A stretch of DNA of 63,835 nucleotides, counting the filler, from Reclinomonas americana ATCC 50394 (Eukaryota): NCBI GenBank assembly GCA_048213135.1. It is 8 parts of 3 records of this genome, joined end to end, with 100 filler letters (N's around TTAATTAATTAA, not from the genome) between each part and the next. Parts side by side here need not be neighbours in the genome. Positions count along the whole stretch, not along the records: positions 47,382 to 49,175 come from PS015180.1; positions 49,276 to 57,410 come from PS015181.1; positions 57,511 to 60,511 come from PS015181.1; positions 60,612 to 63,835 come from PS015181.1; 4 more parts are not named here. One strand, 5' to 3'. The position numbers and the translations under genes were made by a program. Under the pieces are notes generated by a model. That model did no database searches. It was not told the origin of the DNA and saw nothing but the letters and a program-made list of their open reading frames with translations. Numbering within the stretch: the stretch's first letter is position 1; each line of letters begins with the position of its first letter. Positions 47,834 through 60,615 of this stretch are shown here, piece after piece.

Positions 47834-49003
47834 TGTATCGTGCGCCCCGTGTGCAGATATCCTCGACGAGAAGCCAGTGCGGCGGCGAGTCGGTGGAGGA
47901 TCCGCGACGCGCGAGTGTGCCTCTGCCGCGCATGGTGGCTGGAGTGCTGCGTGCGCCGCGGCGATCGTCGCCGGTGGTGTTGGATGGGCGTATGCTGGTG
48001 GCGCACGGCGTGGATGCGTCGCGCCAGTCGCAGCGGCTGGTCATGTATGCGCTCGAGTCGTTTACGGATCTGGAGACGGTGGAGAGCGGGTCGACGGCGG
48101 CGACCGAGTCCGACTGGGCCATGGCGTGCTCGTCGCAGGCGAATAGCGGGCGCTCGAAGAGACCGGCGGCGGTCACGGCGCGCTACCTGACGCCGACGCA
48201 GAGTTCGCGAGCCGGCGCCTCGCCTGTGGTGTTTGACACCAACTCGGAGGCACTCGAGTTTATGGTGAGTGTCTTCAGCTGCTTGTCATTCGCGCACACC
48301 AACGACGAGCTTCCTCACGTATGGCACACAGTATGAGCTCGACCAGTGGCGACAGCAGCAGCCCGACACCGACGACTCCGCGACTTCCAAGCACTCGTCG
48401 GGCAAGGCCACGCGCGGATCGTGCACCGAGCCGCCGTCACCCTCCGCACAGGCCATGGCCAACGCCGGCGCCGCTCTGCGTGCGCTTCTCGACGGCAACA
48501 ACAACAACAACACCATCGCCACCCCCACCAACAAGGAGCAGCACGCCGACGTGTCCACGCAACCGCACGGCTACTCGTCGCTGACCAGCAGCCTCGACAG
48601 CAACACATCGACGCCGCCACGCAGCGGCCCCGGTCCCTCGCCGGCCGTGACACCGCAGCCTCGACTTGCCCCGCGCTCGCTCCTCCGCGATTTCACCAAG
48701 CAGCTCTTTATCGCCGCCGACCTCGACGGCAACGATGACGACGATGAGGATGATGCAGAGGAGGACGAAGACGACGATGAAGAGGAGGTCATTGTCGAGG
48801 CCATCCCGCTCGCCGTGGTCGCCCTGCAGGCCGGCCGCAAGCCGCGACCGCAGCCGGTGACTTCTGTCGACATGCCCTCGCCTCTGGCACTGCCTCCGTC
48901 CGCCACCATCTCGCCTATCTCCGTTGCTGTGCACCAGTACCTCCAGCCGCAGCAGCAGCAGCAGCGCACGCGCAAGCTTGCCTTTGCTCCCATCGAAGTC
49001 TGA
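47834..49003 (+). CDS. Hypothetical low-complexity (S/T/P- and D/E-rich) protein
   Basis: Two long open exons joined in frame by the GTGAGT..CAG intron (~48265-48331); stop at 49003; start uncertain. Confidence 0.55.
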
Positions 49004-49071
49004 CGCCTCTGTTTGTGCATTTTGTAACATAAAGTGTACAATTTATGTAAACTCGTCGCTTGTGTGGTGGA

Positions 49072-49170
49072 ATGAGCGATGAGCGCATCAACTTCCGCGC
49101 GTACTTTAACGATGCACGAGTGCCGGCGCATGTCAAGGATATTCGCACGTTGTTGCTCAAGTTTGAACAG
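49072..49170 (+). CDS. Probable first exon of an unidentified gene
   Basis: MSDERINFRAYFNDARVPAHVKDIRTLLLKFEQ followed by CAG/GT just before a gap. Confidence 0.35.
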
Positions 49171-50789
49171 GTCTCNNNNNNNNNNNNNNNNNNNNNNNNN
49201 NNNNNNNNNNNNNNNNNNNTTAATTAATTAANNNNNNNNNNNNNNNNNNNNNNNNNNNNNNNNNNNNNNNNNNNNGTTCTGTCGGTCGACCCATTGCAAA
49301 ATCGTTGCTGCTGTGTGTGTTGCAGGGAGAGTGAGAGAGTGTGTGATGAGTGAGTGAGTGAGCTAGTGTGTGAGTTTGAGTGAGTGTGAAAGAGCGAGAG
49401 TGTGAGAGAGAAGGAGTGAGAGTGCTCTTGTCATGAATGATTGCTGCTGCGTTGTGTGTATGTGTGTGTGTGTGAGAGAGAGAGAGAGACAGTGAGTGAA
49501 TGCGAGGGAGTGAAAGCGTGAGTGAGAGTGTGTGAGAGAGAGAGAGAGAGTGAAAGATAGACTCCGTATTTGACGCAATTGGCATGTGATGCGAATGTCT
49601 TCTCTTTCTCTCTCACTCACGCACTCACTTACTATCTCCATCACCCTTGTACTTTCATTGTTTCGCGCTGCGATGAGCTCTCATCGCACTTTTCCGCTTC
49701 TCCTCAGTGCGTCAGAAAGATATCGATCTTCTGAGTGGGATTTCACACTCCACACTCCACATGTGTTTTGGTGGTTGATCGGCCTGCCCGTGCTTGTTTC
49801 GTGTGCGATGTGTGCAGACCAAGTGCATTTGGGGCTTGTGTACTTTTGTCTTATCGTAGATCTCATGATCAACTGGCTGGTGGGTTTCTCAGTTAGTGCG
49901 TTTCTCTTCACTCGTGTGCGGGTACTATACAATCATTTCTTCGACGTGCCAGTCCGATGGCGCAGCCGCGTTGGAAGCACTGTGTTGCAACACAACATAC
50001 CAAAGGCCGTCCGGTCACGTGTCGTCGTGTTTCAATAGCCAGCGTCGTGTTTCTGGCATTTGAAACACGACAAAACAGACGTAGCGATGACACATTGTGT
50101 CGACGTCTCATCCTCGGCACGTGTGACAGCATATAAGTAGAGCTTGTTGCTACTCATGCCGTTTGCTGCGCACCGCAGTTTGTTGTTGAAGGTCCTGTTT
50201 GAAAAGTTTGTTGTCAGACCTATTGCAGTGTCTGGACCTGGAATTTTTGCTTCGTTTCCACTTCCCACCGCGTCGCGACTATCCGCAATCGCTCTGCGTT
50301 CGTCGTTTGAGGAGACCCAGAATCGACTGCGTGGGTCACCCCTATAGAACGCTCCAACCTCCTTCAGCAGCTTGTTTGAGCATCGCTCACAAATCTCGCA
50401 TTGCAAAGCGCTCGCCTGGCGACGGCGTCCCCCTGTGTGCCTGGGGCGTCGTCCAGCGGACTCGGTGGGTGCTTCTCCACACTCTCATGCGCCTGGCGAC
50501 CGATTGCTGACTGGTTCTGGGCGTTGGTGGGTGTTACAGGGAGCACATGTGCCTGTGGTTGGTCCACACTATTTTGAATGCACGCCACCGTGTCCGCACT
50601 CACTCTGTTGTCTGGTGTTCTTGTCTGTGCCACGCACTCGTTGCTTGTGCATCCGTTGCGATTCGCATCTGCATGTGTGTGATGATTTGTGTGACGTCGC
50701 CGGATATGCGAAGATGGTGCGTCTTCGAACGCGCGCACAAGATGTTTTTCCCGCTTTTCTCATTCATGTCCCATCGTGTTCTTCAGCCT

Positions 50790-52110
50790 GTTGACCACCG
50801 TGCCGCAATCACGGCTGGCGGCCCCTCCCCTGCCGGAGTTTCAATCAATTCCTCGCACAGCGACTCGCCTTTTCCGCAGGTCACCTTTCCGTGGAACGCA
50901 ACTGACTCGGCTGGGATCAAAGTGCGCTGGCCGAAGGCTGGTCACCCACAGTTCCTGAGCGTCACGGGTCAGTCTGTGATCTGTGTGTTAAAAAAGAATG
51001 TTTCCTGCTCCATCCTCATGGAAGAACAGATGTGCGAGTGACGCCCGGCGCCGACGAGCAAGACGAAGTGGCTTCTGAGAAGCACACGACAGCTGGAGGT
51101 GACATACATGATGGAATCACTCCTGATAGGCCTGCATCTCTTGTGCGAACTCGTGGTTTTCGCGATCCTATGGGCTCGAACGATTCACCGTTGCCGACGC
51201 CATCTACGGACGCGAAGTCGCTGCCCTGTCTGAACATGATGTTGGAGAGCTCGGAGGCGACGTCGGACGCACAGGATGAAAACAACTGTCCTTGCGCAGG
51301 CAACGCCAACTCGAAACGATTGCAGCCAACCAGTACACCGTCGCCACCCACTGCCACACTCTCCACTGCGGACAGTTCGCACGGTGCGTTAACAGTTCTC
51401 AAAACCTGCTTTATCTCTCCTATCCTAGTCTGCACGTCTTTCTCTTTCTCTTCCTTTCTTACCTTCTGTCTATCGATGTCGCTCTCCGTTCCTCCCACCC
51501 CTTTCCCCTCTTTCTCTCTTCCTTTCCGTCTGTCTGTCAATCTTGGTTCTCTTTCTCTCCCTCCCTTCTCGTCTGTTTCCCCCTCATCTCGCTCATTCTC
51601 TTTCACTCGCTCTCTCCCTCCCTCCCCTTTCCCTCTCTCCCTTCTCTCCACCTGTCTGCCACTTATATTCTGTCTTGGCTCGTCCTCCTTCCCCTTCCTG
51701 CTCTTCTCTTTTTCTCTCTCTTCCCTCTGCAGTCGTCCAATCGTTTCGCATCACATTGCTGACATTGGTGAATTCGTGCAGTTCGTATTGTCCCGGCGGA
51801 GACCGGGCTACTCGTCCTCACGCGCCATGATGGCAAACCCATCGACGTCCTCGTGCGAGCACTCGACGAGACAGGGCGGCCGCTGGCCGATTGTCCGAGT
51901 GTGAGAATCACGGAGCAGCTTGTGACAGGTGTGGATTTGCTCATTTGTGTGTTTGAGCATTTCAGTATCTCACTCGTTGCGCAGAAATGGCTACCGCACC
52001 CGTCGTGTCATCAAAGATGGCCCTCGACCGCTACGCAGCATTTCTGCTGCAGAGTTTTAAGCAGGCGCGCGACACTGGCAAGCCGTCGCAGCAACGTCCC
52101 GTAGTCATTT
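50790..52110 (+). CDS. Hypothetical multi-exon protein fragment
   Basis: In-frame exons (..DSPLPTPSTDAKSL..; VRIVPAETGLLVLTRHDGKPIDVLVRALDETG..; EMATAPVVSSKMALDRYAAFLLQSFKQA) separated by GT-AG introns. Confidence 0.4.
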
Positions 52111-52959
52111 TGTTGGCAGTGCATGAAGTTGCGTGATGGTGTTCGTGTGTGTGTATATATAAGTGTGAGAGAGAGAGAGGAGTGAGAGAGAGATAGAGAG
52201 TGCGGACATGTAGGAGTCCAGTGGCCTGTGACCAGTGTGCGAATGTGTGTTTGTGTCTCTCACACACTCTCTCCCAAACTTCACTCATACGCATGTCTGC
52301 CTCCAATTTTTCCCACTTTTCTCTTGTCATGCTCAGTCTCTCTCTCTCTCTCNNNNNNNNNNNNNNNNNNNNNNNNNNNNNNNNNNNNNNNNNNNNNNNN
52401 NNNNNNNNNNNNNNNNNNNNNNNNNNNNNNNNNNNNNNNNNNNNNNNNNNNNNNNNNNNNNNNNNNNNNNNNNNNNNNNNNNNNNNNNNNNNNNNNNNNN
52501 NNNNNNNNNNNNNNNNNNNNNNNNNNNNNNNNNNNNNNNNNNNNNNNNNNNNNNNNNNNNNNNNNNNNNNNNNNNNNNNNNNNNNNNNNNNNNNNNNNNN
52601 NNNNNNNNNNNNNNNNNNNNNNNNNNNNNNNNNNNNNNNNNNNNNNNNNNNNNNNNNNNNNNNNNNNNNNNNNNNNNNNNNNNNNNNNNNNNNNNNNNNN
52701 NNNNNNNNNNNNNNNNNNNNNNNNNNNNNNNNNNNNNNNNNNNNNNNNNNNNNNNNNNNNNNNNNNNNNNNNNNNNNNNNNNNNNNNNNNNNNNNNNNNN
52801 NNNNNNNNNNNNNNNNNNNNNNNNNNNNNNNNNNNNNNNNNNNNNNNNNNNNNNNNNNNNNACGCCTTGCGCGAGCACCCGAGGTTTCCTCTCGCCAGCA
52901 AACCAAGCCACCACTCTACCACCCGGCAACGCCACACTGCAAGTGACATGTCCAACGAA

Positions 52960-53725
52960 CCGCTGCCGTTCGTGATCCACCAGCTCAGCACTTTGTTCTT
53001 CCAAGTTACGCAGCTCATCGCTTCTTGGGTCGATATCCGATTGGAGGCGCTTTTCAAGACTCTGTATCACTTTGTGAGTCCAGCAGCAGATGCAACGAGG
53101 ACGGCAGAAAAGAATAGGTGACCAGACCATGCACACTGCGCGGTCGAGAACCTCCAGAAGATCCACATTGTCGATCTCCTGTTTGTCATTGCCTCGTGAT
53201 ACCACCCAGCGCTTGTCGGTGTACGCGCGGTCCTCTGCTCTGTCGGCCACCTCCACTTCGATGAAACGGCAGTCTTGACGGACGAGTGTGAGCACATATG
53301 TTTTGCGACAAGGTGGGGGGGAAAAGACGTCAACCGACGCACCAGTGCGACCACGCAGCATTGACCGACATCGCTTCGTGGCATCGCCATGATGGCCATT
53401 GGTCTCTCGCCGGCGAATCATCAACACCACGGGATCCCCGCAGGTTTCTTTGTCTGCCTTCTGAGCAAGCAGGTGTTGAATGTGGTCCTCCGACGACTCC
53501 GCGGTGAACGGCTGCCACAGACAAAACGTCGCAGGTGAGCATTTACAATACACCACACACACATACACACAACCATGCACTACGTCGATGATTTACCTTA
53601 TCCGCCACATGAACATGGATGTATTTTCCCCGACAAAGCTCGTCAAACGCCGCTCCAATCTTCTTCCATCCTTCGTGGAACAGGGGACCGAGATCCTCAG
53701 CTTCGCCAGCATCCAATGTCGGCTG
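52960..53725 (-). CDS. Hypothetical multi-exon protein fragment between gaps
   Basis: Protein-like segments (LFHEGWKKIGAAFDELCRGKYIHVHVADK; DCRFIEVEVADRAEDRAYTDKRWVV; IQSLEKRLQSDIDPRSDELRNLEEQ). Confidence 0.35.
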
Positions 53726-53730
53726 CATTC

Positions 53731-53959
53731 GCGAGAGGGAGAGGGGGAAGGAGGGAGAGGGTGAGGGAGAGGGAGAGGGAGAGGGTGAGGGAGGGCGGAG
53801 AGGGAGGGAGAGGGAGGGAGAGGGAGAGGGAGGGGAAAGGAGGGCGGGTGAGAGGGAGAGGGAGAGGGAGAGGGAGAGGGAGAGGGAGAGGGAGAGGGAG
53901 AGGGAGAGGGAGGGAGGAAGCAGGAAAGATAGACAAACAGACAGACAGACAGACCGACC

Positions 53960-53997
<38 letters not shown>

Positions 53998-54006
53998 AAG
54001 AAAGAA

Positions 54007-54040
<34 letters not shown>
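53731..54040. repeat. (GAGAGG)n / (GACA)n / (GA)n microsatellite cluster
   Basis: Seen directly in the sequence. Confidence 0.95.
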
Positions 54041-54042
<2 letters not shown>

Positions 54043-54995
54043 TAGGCGAAGGGAAACCACATGCTTGCCTCAAGTCAATACAACACACNNNNNNNNNNNN
54101 NNNNNNNNNNNNNNNNNNNNNNNNNNNNNNNNNNNNNNNNNNNNNNNNNNNNNNNNNNNNNNNNNNNNNNNNNNNNNNNNNNNNNNNNNNNNNNNNNNNN
54201 NNNNNNNNNNNNNNNNNNNNNNNNNNNNNNNNNNNNNNNNNNNNNNNNNNNNNNNNNNNNNNNNNNNNNNNNNNNNNNNNNNNNNNNNNNNNNNNNNNNN
54301 NNNNNNNNNNNNNNNNNNNNNNNNNNNNNNNNNNNNNNNNNNNNNNNNNNNNNNNNNNNNNNNNNNNNNNNNNNNNNNNNNNNNNNNNNNNNNNNNNNNN
54401 NNNNNNNNNNNNNNNNNNNNNNNNNNNNNNNNNNNNNNNNNNNNNNNNNNNNNNNNNNNNNNNNNNNNNNNNNNNNNNNNNNNNNNNNNNNNNNNNNNNN
54501 NNNNNNNNNNNNNNNNNNNNNNNNNNNNNNNNNNNNNNNNNNNNNNNNNNNNNNNNNNNNNNNNNNNNNNNNNNNNNNNNNNNNNNNNNNNNNNNNNNNN
54601 NNNNNNNNNNNNNNNNNNNNNNNNNNNNNNNNNNNNNNNNNNNNNNNNNNNNNNNNNNNNNNNNNNNNNNNNNNNNNNNNNNNNNNNNNNNNNNNNNNNN
54701 NNNNNNNNNNNNNNNNNNNNNNNNNNNNNNNNNNNNNNNNNNNNNNNNNNNNNNNNNNNNNNNNNNNNNNNNNNNNNNNNNNNNNNNNNNNNNNNNNNNN
54801 NNNNNNNNNNNNNNNNNNNNNNNNNNNNNNNNNNNNNNNNNNNNNNNNNNNNNNNNNNNNNNNNNNNNNNNNNNNNNNNNNNNNNNNNNNNNNNNNNNNN
54901 NNNNNNNNNNNNNNNNNNNNNNNNNNNNNNNNNNNNNNNNNNNNNNNNNNNNNNNNNNNNNNNNNNNNNNNNNNNNNNNNNNNNNNNNNNNNNNG

Positions 54996-57410
54996 ACTTG
55001 TCCTGTGTGCTTGTCGTGCGGGACGCGTCTTGTGGTGGGATCCTCGTGCCCATGAGCCTGTGGCGCAACAACTGTCACCCAACTCACCGATTGTTCCATT
55101 GGTCAATTTGAGCTTCGTGGAGAGGGGTCGGCGTGTGCATGCCTTGACGAGCGACGGTCGCGTGCGTGTGTGGCGACTGGACGTGGATGACGACGACACA
55201 ATCTCATTTGAGGAGATGGAGATGGTGGACCTGACCACTGGTCCAGATGACAGCTGGCCGAGTTGGCCGCGATCGTTGGCCGTCGCGTGCTTCTCGCCCA
55301 ACACGTTGTGGGTTGCTGCCGCCAGCTCGGATTCCGAGCTCGTCGTGTGGAAGAATGCACGAGTGCGGCAGGGTGCTCCGCCTCGCACGCTTGTCGTTCC
55401 CGGAGGTATCACTTCGCTGGCGTTCATGCTAACGACGGCGCGTTTGATTCTCGTGGGCTGTCGGGACGGTTCGATTTCGATTTGGTCGCATCAGCACGGA
55501 GTGAAATTGTTTGAGTTCGAGGAGCGGCACTCTGCTGCTGTAGTGCGCATTGATGTGTCGCCAAACTGCGAGTTCATCGCCACCACCAGTATCGACGGCC
55601 ACTGCTTGATGCATCGCTGTGATTTCTTGCACAATGTGGTGCGTTTCGCCCCTTTTTCTGTGTGCAGCTATAGATCACATCTCTGAACTGAACAACCAAT
55701 GTGTGTGTGCGTGTGCTTTCGTTGCAGACGACGAAAACGACAGTGACCGCAGCGGAGCGGGCGCAGTTTGTTGAGGTGACGTCCTGTGTGCAATCAGATT
55801 TTGTGTGCTGCTCTGACGCACATGCCTTACCATTTGTCACCGCGTGAGCAGGAGTGCGTTGATCAGCAGTACGAACTGGTGATGCACTTTCGCTTTCGTG
55901 CGTTCTGCGATGCGGTGAATCGCGACATGTCGAAGCAGCTTCACGACCGCGGTAGCCTGTGCCGCACCAACGACGACAAGCTCAAGTTTGTTGAGCGCCT
56001 GACTTCGACACTGCGGCAGGGTAGCGGCAGGTCGCCTGTGTCTGTCTCAGCACCGGTGGCACGCTTTGTGCTGCAGTCGTACTCGCAGCTGGGCTGTTCC
56101 TTTTCGGTGCCGAAAGACCGCAGCACACTTGGCGTCGATGGCAGTGCCGGCGGTAAAGGCAAGGGTGACTGCGTGCTCACCATGCGTGCATGGTCACTTG
56201 GCAGCAGAGGCGGAGATAACGGCTTGGCCTCGAGCGTGGAGAGCGCTGCCAGCTTGCTTGTGCTTTCGTCGGGGAGTGTGGCACTGCCGACGGCCGGCAA
56301 GACTGTTCTTGGCGTGGCGGTGGACGCGGGAGCGGTTGAGAAAGAGGCGGAGCGTGATGCGATCATGTCATCGCCGCAGCAAGTGGCATTTGCGGACCGA
56401 ACACTGTTGCACCTATGTGAGCGCCTGCTGGACACAGTGCACGATTTGAAATCCGCAGAGAGCCGAGTGGTGTCGGTTTTGTGTGTTGGCAGTGCAATGT
56501 CAGGTACCCTTTTGTTTGTCTTTTATGTTTTGGTTTTTGTTGCATGTCGATTTACTCTTTGCGTGTGCGTGCAGAACGGCTCCGCTTCCTGCTGGCAGCA
56601 CAGCACCTGTTTGGTGACAGAGCGAGCTGTGATCGTGAATTTTGCGACGATCAGGTATCCTCACAAGTGTACGACTTGCGCGTGTCTGTTCTGTGATGTC
56701 GTACTCATCTGCGTTGCGCTGCAGATACGGATGGGAGAATCGGCTACGATGAGCGTTGCAGTGGCGGGCGGGCGCCGTTTGCAGTTTATCATTCCACCGT
56801 CCTACGGAGATGACGAGTCCGTGGCCAACAGTATCGTCCAATCTTTACCGCACCCCTGCGTTGCACACACAGTTACACTCGGATCTGCGCCGGTTGTGGG
56901 CAATGTGCTGCACAGGAAATGCTTACATGGCCGTGATGTGCAGATTCTGTGGTTCCCTAGCGATCCAAAGCACTGTATCACCAAGGTGGATGCTGCGGTT
57001 CTCACTGCGCTCGGCAAGGTATTATTGATCATGCATGCTGTACTGTTGTGCAAATCCGCCATTCTTTTCTTACAATCAGTTTGCACAGTTCTTCAGCAAG
57101 GAGATGTTCTCGTCGTTGCTGCCAGTCATCGTTCACCATCCGCGGTTGCCGTCGGGAACGTCCGGCGTCTCTGAAGTGACACGGTTGGCCGTGGAAGACA
57201 CCAATGAGGCCTTGGACTCGCTGTTCCCGACCTTGGCGTTCCCGTTGTTCTCACCGGTTGTGCTGATGGCACACTCGGGGGCACTGTCGGTGTGATATAT
57301 TCATGCACTCTCTCACTTGTTGGTGCTGTGTTTGTGGATTACTGAATTCAGTGTGCGTCCTCACAGAGGAGCCAATGGCAGCGCGCGCTTGTTAGTGTGA
57401 TGCATGCCGT
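54996..57410 (+). CDS. Divergent WD40-repeat-containing protein, internal fragment, multi-exon
   Basis: ALTSDGRVRVW, CFSPNTLWVAAASSDSELVVW, LILVGCRDGSISIW and HSAAVVRIDVSPNCEFIATTSIDG, followed by further exons of unknown domain. Confidence 0.7.
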
Positions 57411-57510
57411 NNNNNNNNNNNNNNNNNNNNNNNNNNNNNNNNNNNNNNNNNNNNTTAATTAATTAANNNNNNNNNNNNNNNNNNNNNNNNNNNNNNNNNN
57501 NNNNNNNNNN

Positions 57511-60430
57511 TGACACCGACGGACAGACGCCAGTGCGGCTGGGAGGGCGTGGGCGTGGCGAGGAGCACAAACGCACCGTCATTGAGCTGGAGCGCATCCT
57601 TGAGAGTTGCGGCATGCCTCTCTGTGTGTTTGTTGAAGGAGCGTGGAGACAGCGGTTACTCATGCATGTGTTCCAACTGCAGCGGGAAGTGCGGAGGCGC
57701 GACCCGCAACTCACGAGTTTCGTACATATATTTGTTGACACGATGCATTCCCCCCGCAACATCATCTTGTACCCATGATTGCGTCACTGCAGGGAAACAC
57801 TCGCGCTCATTCGTGCCGAGGTGACAGTGGTGAAGCCGTTGCTGCGTGAGCTGGTGCGTCACTGGCAATCCCTTTCTTTCTCTTTCTCTCTCTTTTTCGC
57901 ACTCATATTCCCTTGCCCCACAGGTCCAGCAGCGACTGCAGGACTTCCAAGAGCGCTTTTCCGCAACTCGGCCGCCATTCTCCGTGCGCGGCTGGGAAGT
58001 CACGGACCGTGAGCACTGGAGGTACACGGTTTCCGGCGTTGGAGTGAACTGCCGGTGTCGATCTGCTGACTCTGTCCACGCTTCCTGCCTCGTGTGCATT
58101 CAGGTACATGTGGTGCTGGAAGGCCGATGAACCGCCGCACGTGATTCGGTGCGAGTCCAAGGATCTTGCGTGCCTGCTGGAGTGGTGCGATTCGGGCAAG
58201 TGCGAAACATGGAACACGTCGTTTCTGCTCACTGTGTTGACGGACTGCGGATTTATGCCAGTTTTGTGACTGCACGTACCCTACACTGCGTTGCGTGTCG
58301 TTTGTTGACGAAGGTGTACGCTGGTGTAGGATTTTTCTTCCACCCCGGACTGGCAACCGCGACCATTGCCCGCCGACAGTGAAGCATCGGATCCGTCGGA
58401 TTTGCGCCGCCTGCTTCCGTCCAACATTGCGCATGTTGCGTGCGATGTTTATCTTTGTTCTGCATTCATTCTCCTGTCTGTGAGCTGAATGGCAGTCTCG
58501 GTGTGTGTGTGTGCAGATTGATTTTCCGCGTGCAGTGCTCGAGGAGCTACTGAAACCTGCAGCTCGACGCGTTCCCGACTGTGCCGCTCTCCGTGGTCCC
58601 GATGGACACTGCCGGTATTACCTGCCACCGGCGTCGGAATCTCCAGTCTATTTCCGCTACTATCCTGTGGACAGTGAGTGGAGATGGGCCATCAAGTCGG
58701 AGCCGAAGAATCAGCCGTGGCGTCGCACCAAGGATAAAGTGGACGCGTCGCTGGGACTTCCGGGCTACGTCGTGCAGTTGATCGAGTTGCTTGGACGCGA
58801 CTCACCACCGCCGTTGTTACCTGTGCCACTTGTGCACGAAAGCGGATTTGTTGCGTTTTCTCCATCTGCGCGTTTTTGCGGCGACTGCTGGCACGGAGAC
58901 CGACTGTTTCCTTGTTTCACTGTTTAGCGGGACGCTCTGGCATTGGTGAAACTGTTTCTGAATGAGCGTGAGCGCCAGCAAGAGCAAGGACTGGCGTCAT
59001 CGCTGGACGCGCTTGGCGCCATTCGCGAAGCTGTCCGCGCCCTCGCGACTTTTATTAGAGAACGCAGTCGAGCTCAAGAATGGCAAACACTGATTGGCAA
59101 GCTGATTCCGGAGTCTGGCGGCGTTGGCGTTGGTGCTCGTGGCGTTGTAGCCGGTGATGGTGTTCGTGGCGTAGGCGGCGGTGGTAGTGGCAGTGGCGCT
59201 GGCGGGAGTGGTGGTATTGGCGCTGGTGGAAGTCGTGGTATTGGCGCTGGTGGAAGTGGTGGTGGTGGTGCGTTTGCTCTTGGTTTCGTTGCATTCAACC
59301 AATGTTCAGCTGCAATCTGAAACGAGAACCCTTGATTTCGTGCACAGTTGGCGTGAAGCTGCCGCCTGGCTTTTCGATGGACGGACAGGGTTCGTCCTCG
59401 CCGGCGAGTAGTGGCAAGCATCGACCACCGAGTGACGGATTGCCGACGCTGCACAAGGCCGTGGAGACCGGCAAGACCAAGGCTCTCATGTACCTCATCT
59501 CAAGAAAGGAACTGCTGTGTTCACTGGATGATCGCGGACGAACCCCGTTGCATGTTGCCGCCGCTGTGGGAAACCTCGAGGCGGCAGAACTGCTGCACAA
59601 GGCCGAGCCGCCCGCTTTGTCCATGACGGATTCCATGCGCCGACTACCTCTGCACTTGGCTGCTGCAGCGGGCCACTTGGCCGTTGTTCAGTTCCTGGTC
59701 AATCTGTGGCCTGCAAGTGTCGAGGTTGCGGATGCGGAGGGAGCGCTTCCCATTACCCATGCTGTTCGCGGCGGTCATGCAGCCGTGGTGGAATGGCTCA
59801 AGGATGCTTCGAAGGAGGCACAGTCGGCGTTGGTCGTTGAGCGGCTGTCGGACTTGGCGCGCAGTGCCGAGCACACGGAAACGCTGTATCTGCTGTCGCC
59901 GTGGTCGTCGTGGTCCAGGGTCGATGGAACCGAAGGCGCGCTTGACAGTGCCCTGGCATGGACCCTGGAACGGTGGTATGAGTCGCGGCCGCCACCGCAA
60001 TTGGGTCAGCCGTGCCCTCTGCGATATGTGCCACGCCGTGCCGAGAATTCTCGCCCCGTTCGGTTTGTATGATATCTGGGTGCTGCTACTGTGTGTGGTT
60101 CACTGCGACTCATTCTGGCCTGCAGCATTCTTGCAACGCTCAAGTCCGTACCGCCGGCGGAGGTCGCAGTGTCGGTGTGCTATTTTGAGGAAAGCGGTGT
60201 GGAGCACAAGATTGTGCGCCAGGAGGTGCGACCGGGCGAGGATGCGTTCTGGCGGCGCCTCACCAGTGCCGAATGTCGTGAGAAGTGCGGTGGTGATGCC
60301 GATGCCCTCTGTCCCGCCTGTTCGCATCCTCTGGTGGAGGGTGAATGCGGCGAGCTGCGGCAGTGTCATCATGTGGCACACGTGCAGTGCTTGCGGTCAC
60401 GGCTCACGGCACCTGCGACTAACGGTCCGT
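57511..60430 (+). CDS. Ankyrin-repeat + RING-H2-like protein, internal fragment, multi-exon
   Basis: Four ankyrin repeats (TLHKAVETG, GRTPLHVAAAVGNLEAAELL, RRLPLHLAAAAGHLAVVQFLV, GALPITHAVRGGHAAVVEWL), a Gly-rich linker, and the RING-H2 pattern CPAC-x14-CHHVAHVQC. Confidence 0.75.
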
Positions 60431-60615
60431 GTCATGTCATTCCCTCTCCTCTCTCTCTCTCTGTGCTTATTCGTAGCGAGTGCAGATCGTTGTCGCTTGT
60501 ACTGTCCGTGCNNNNNNNNNNNNNNNNNNNNNNNNNNNNNNNNNNNNNNNNNNNNTTAATTAATTAANNNNNNNNNNNNNNNNNNNNNNNNNNNNNNNNN
60601 NNNNNNNNNNNCCAG

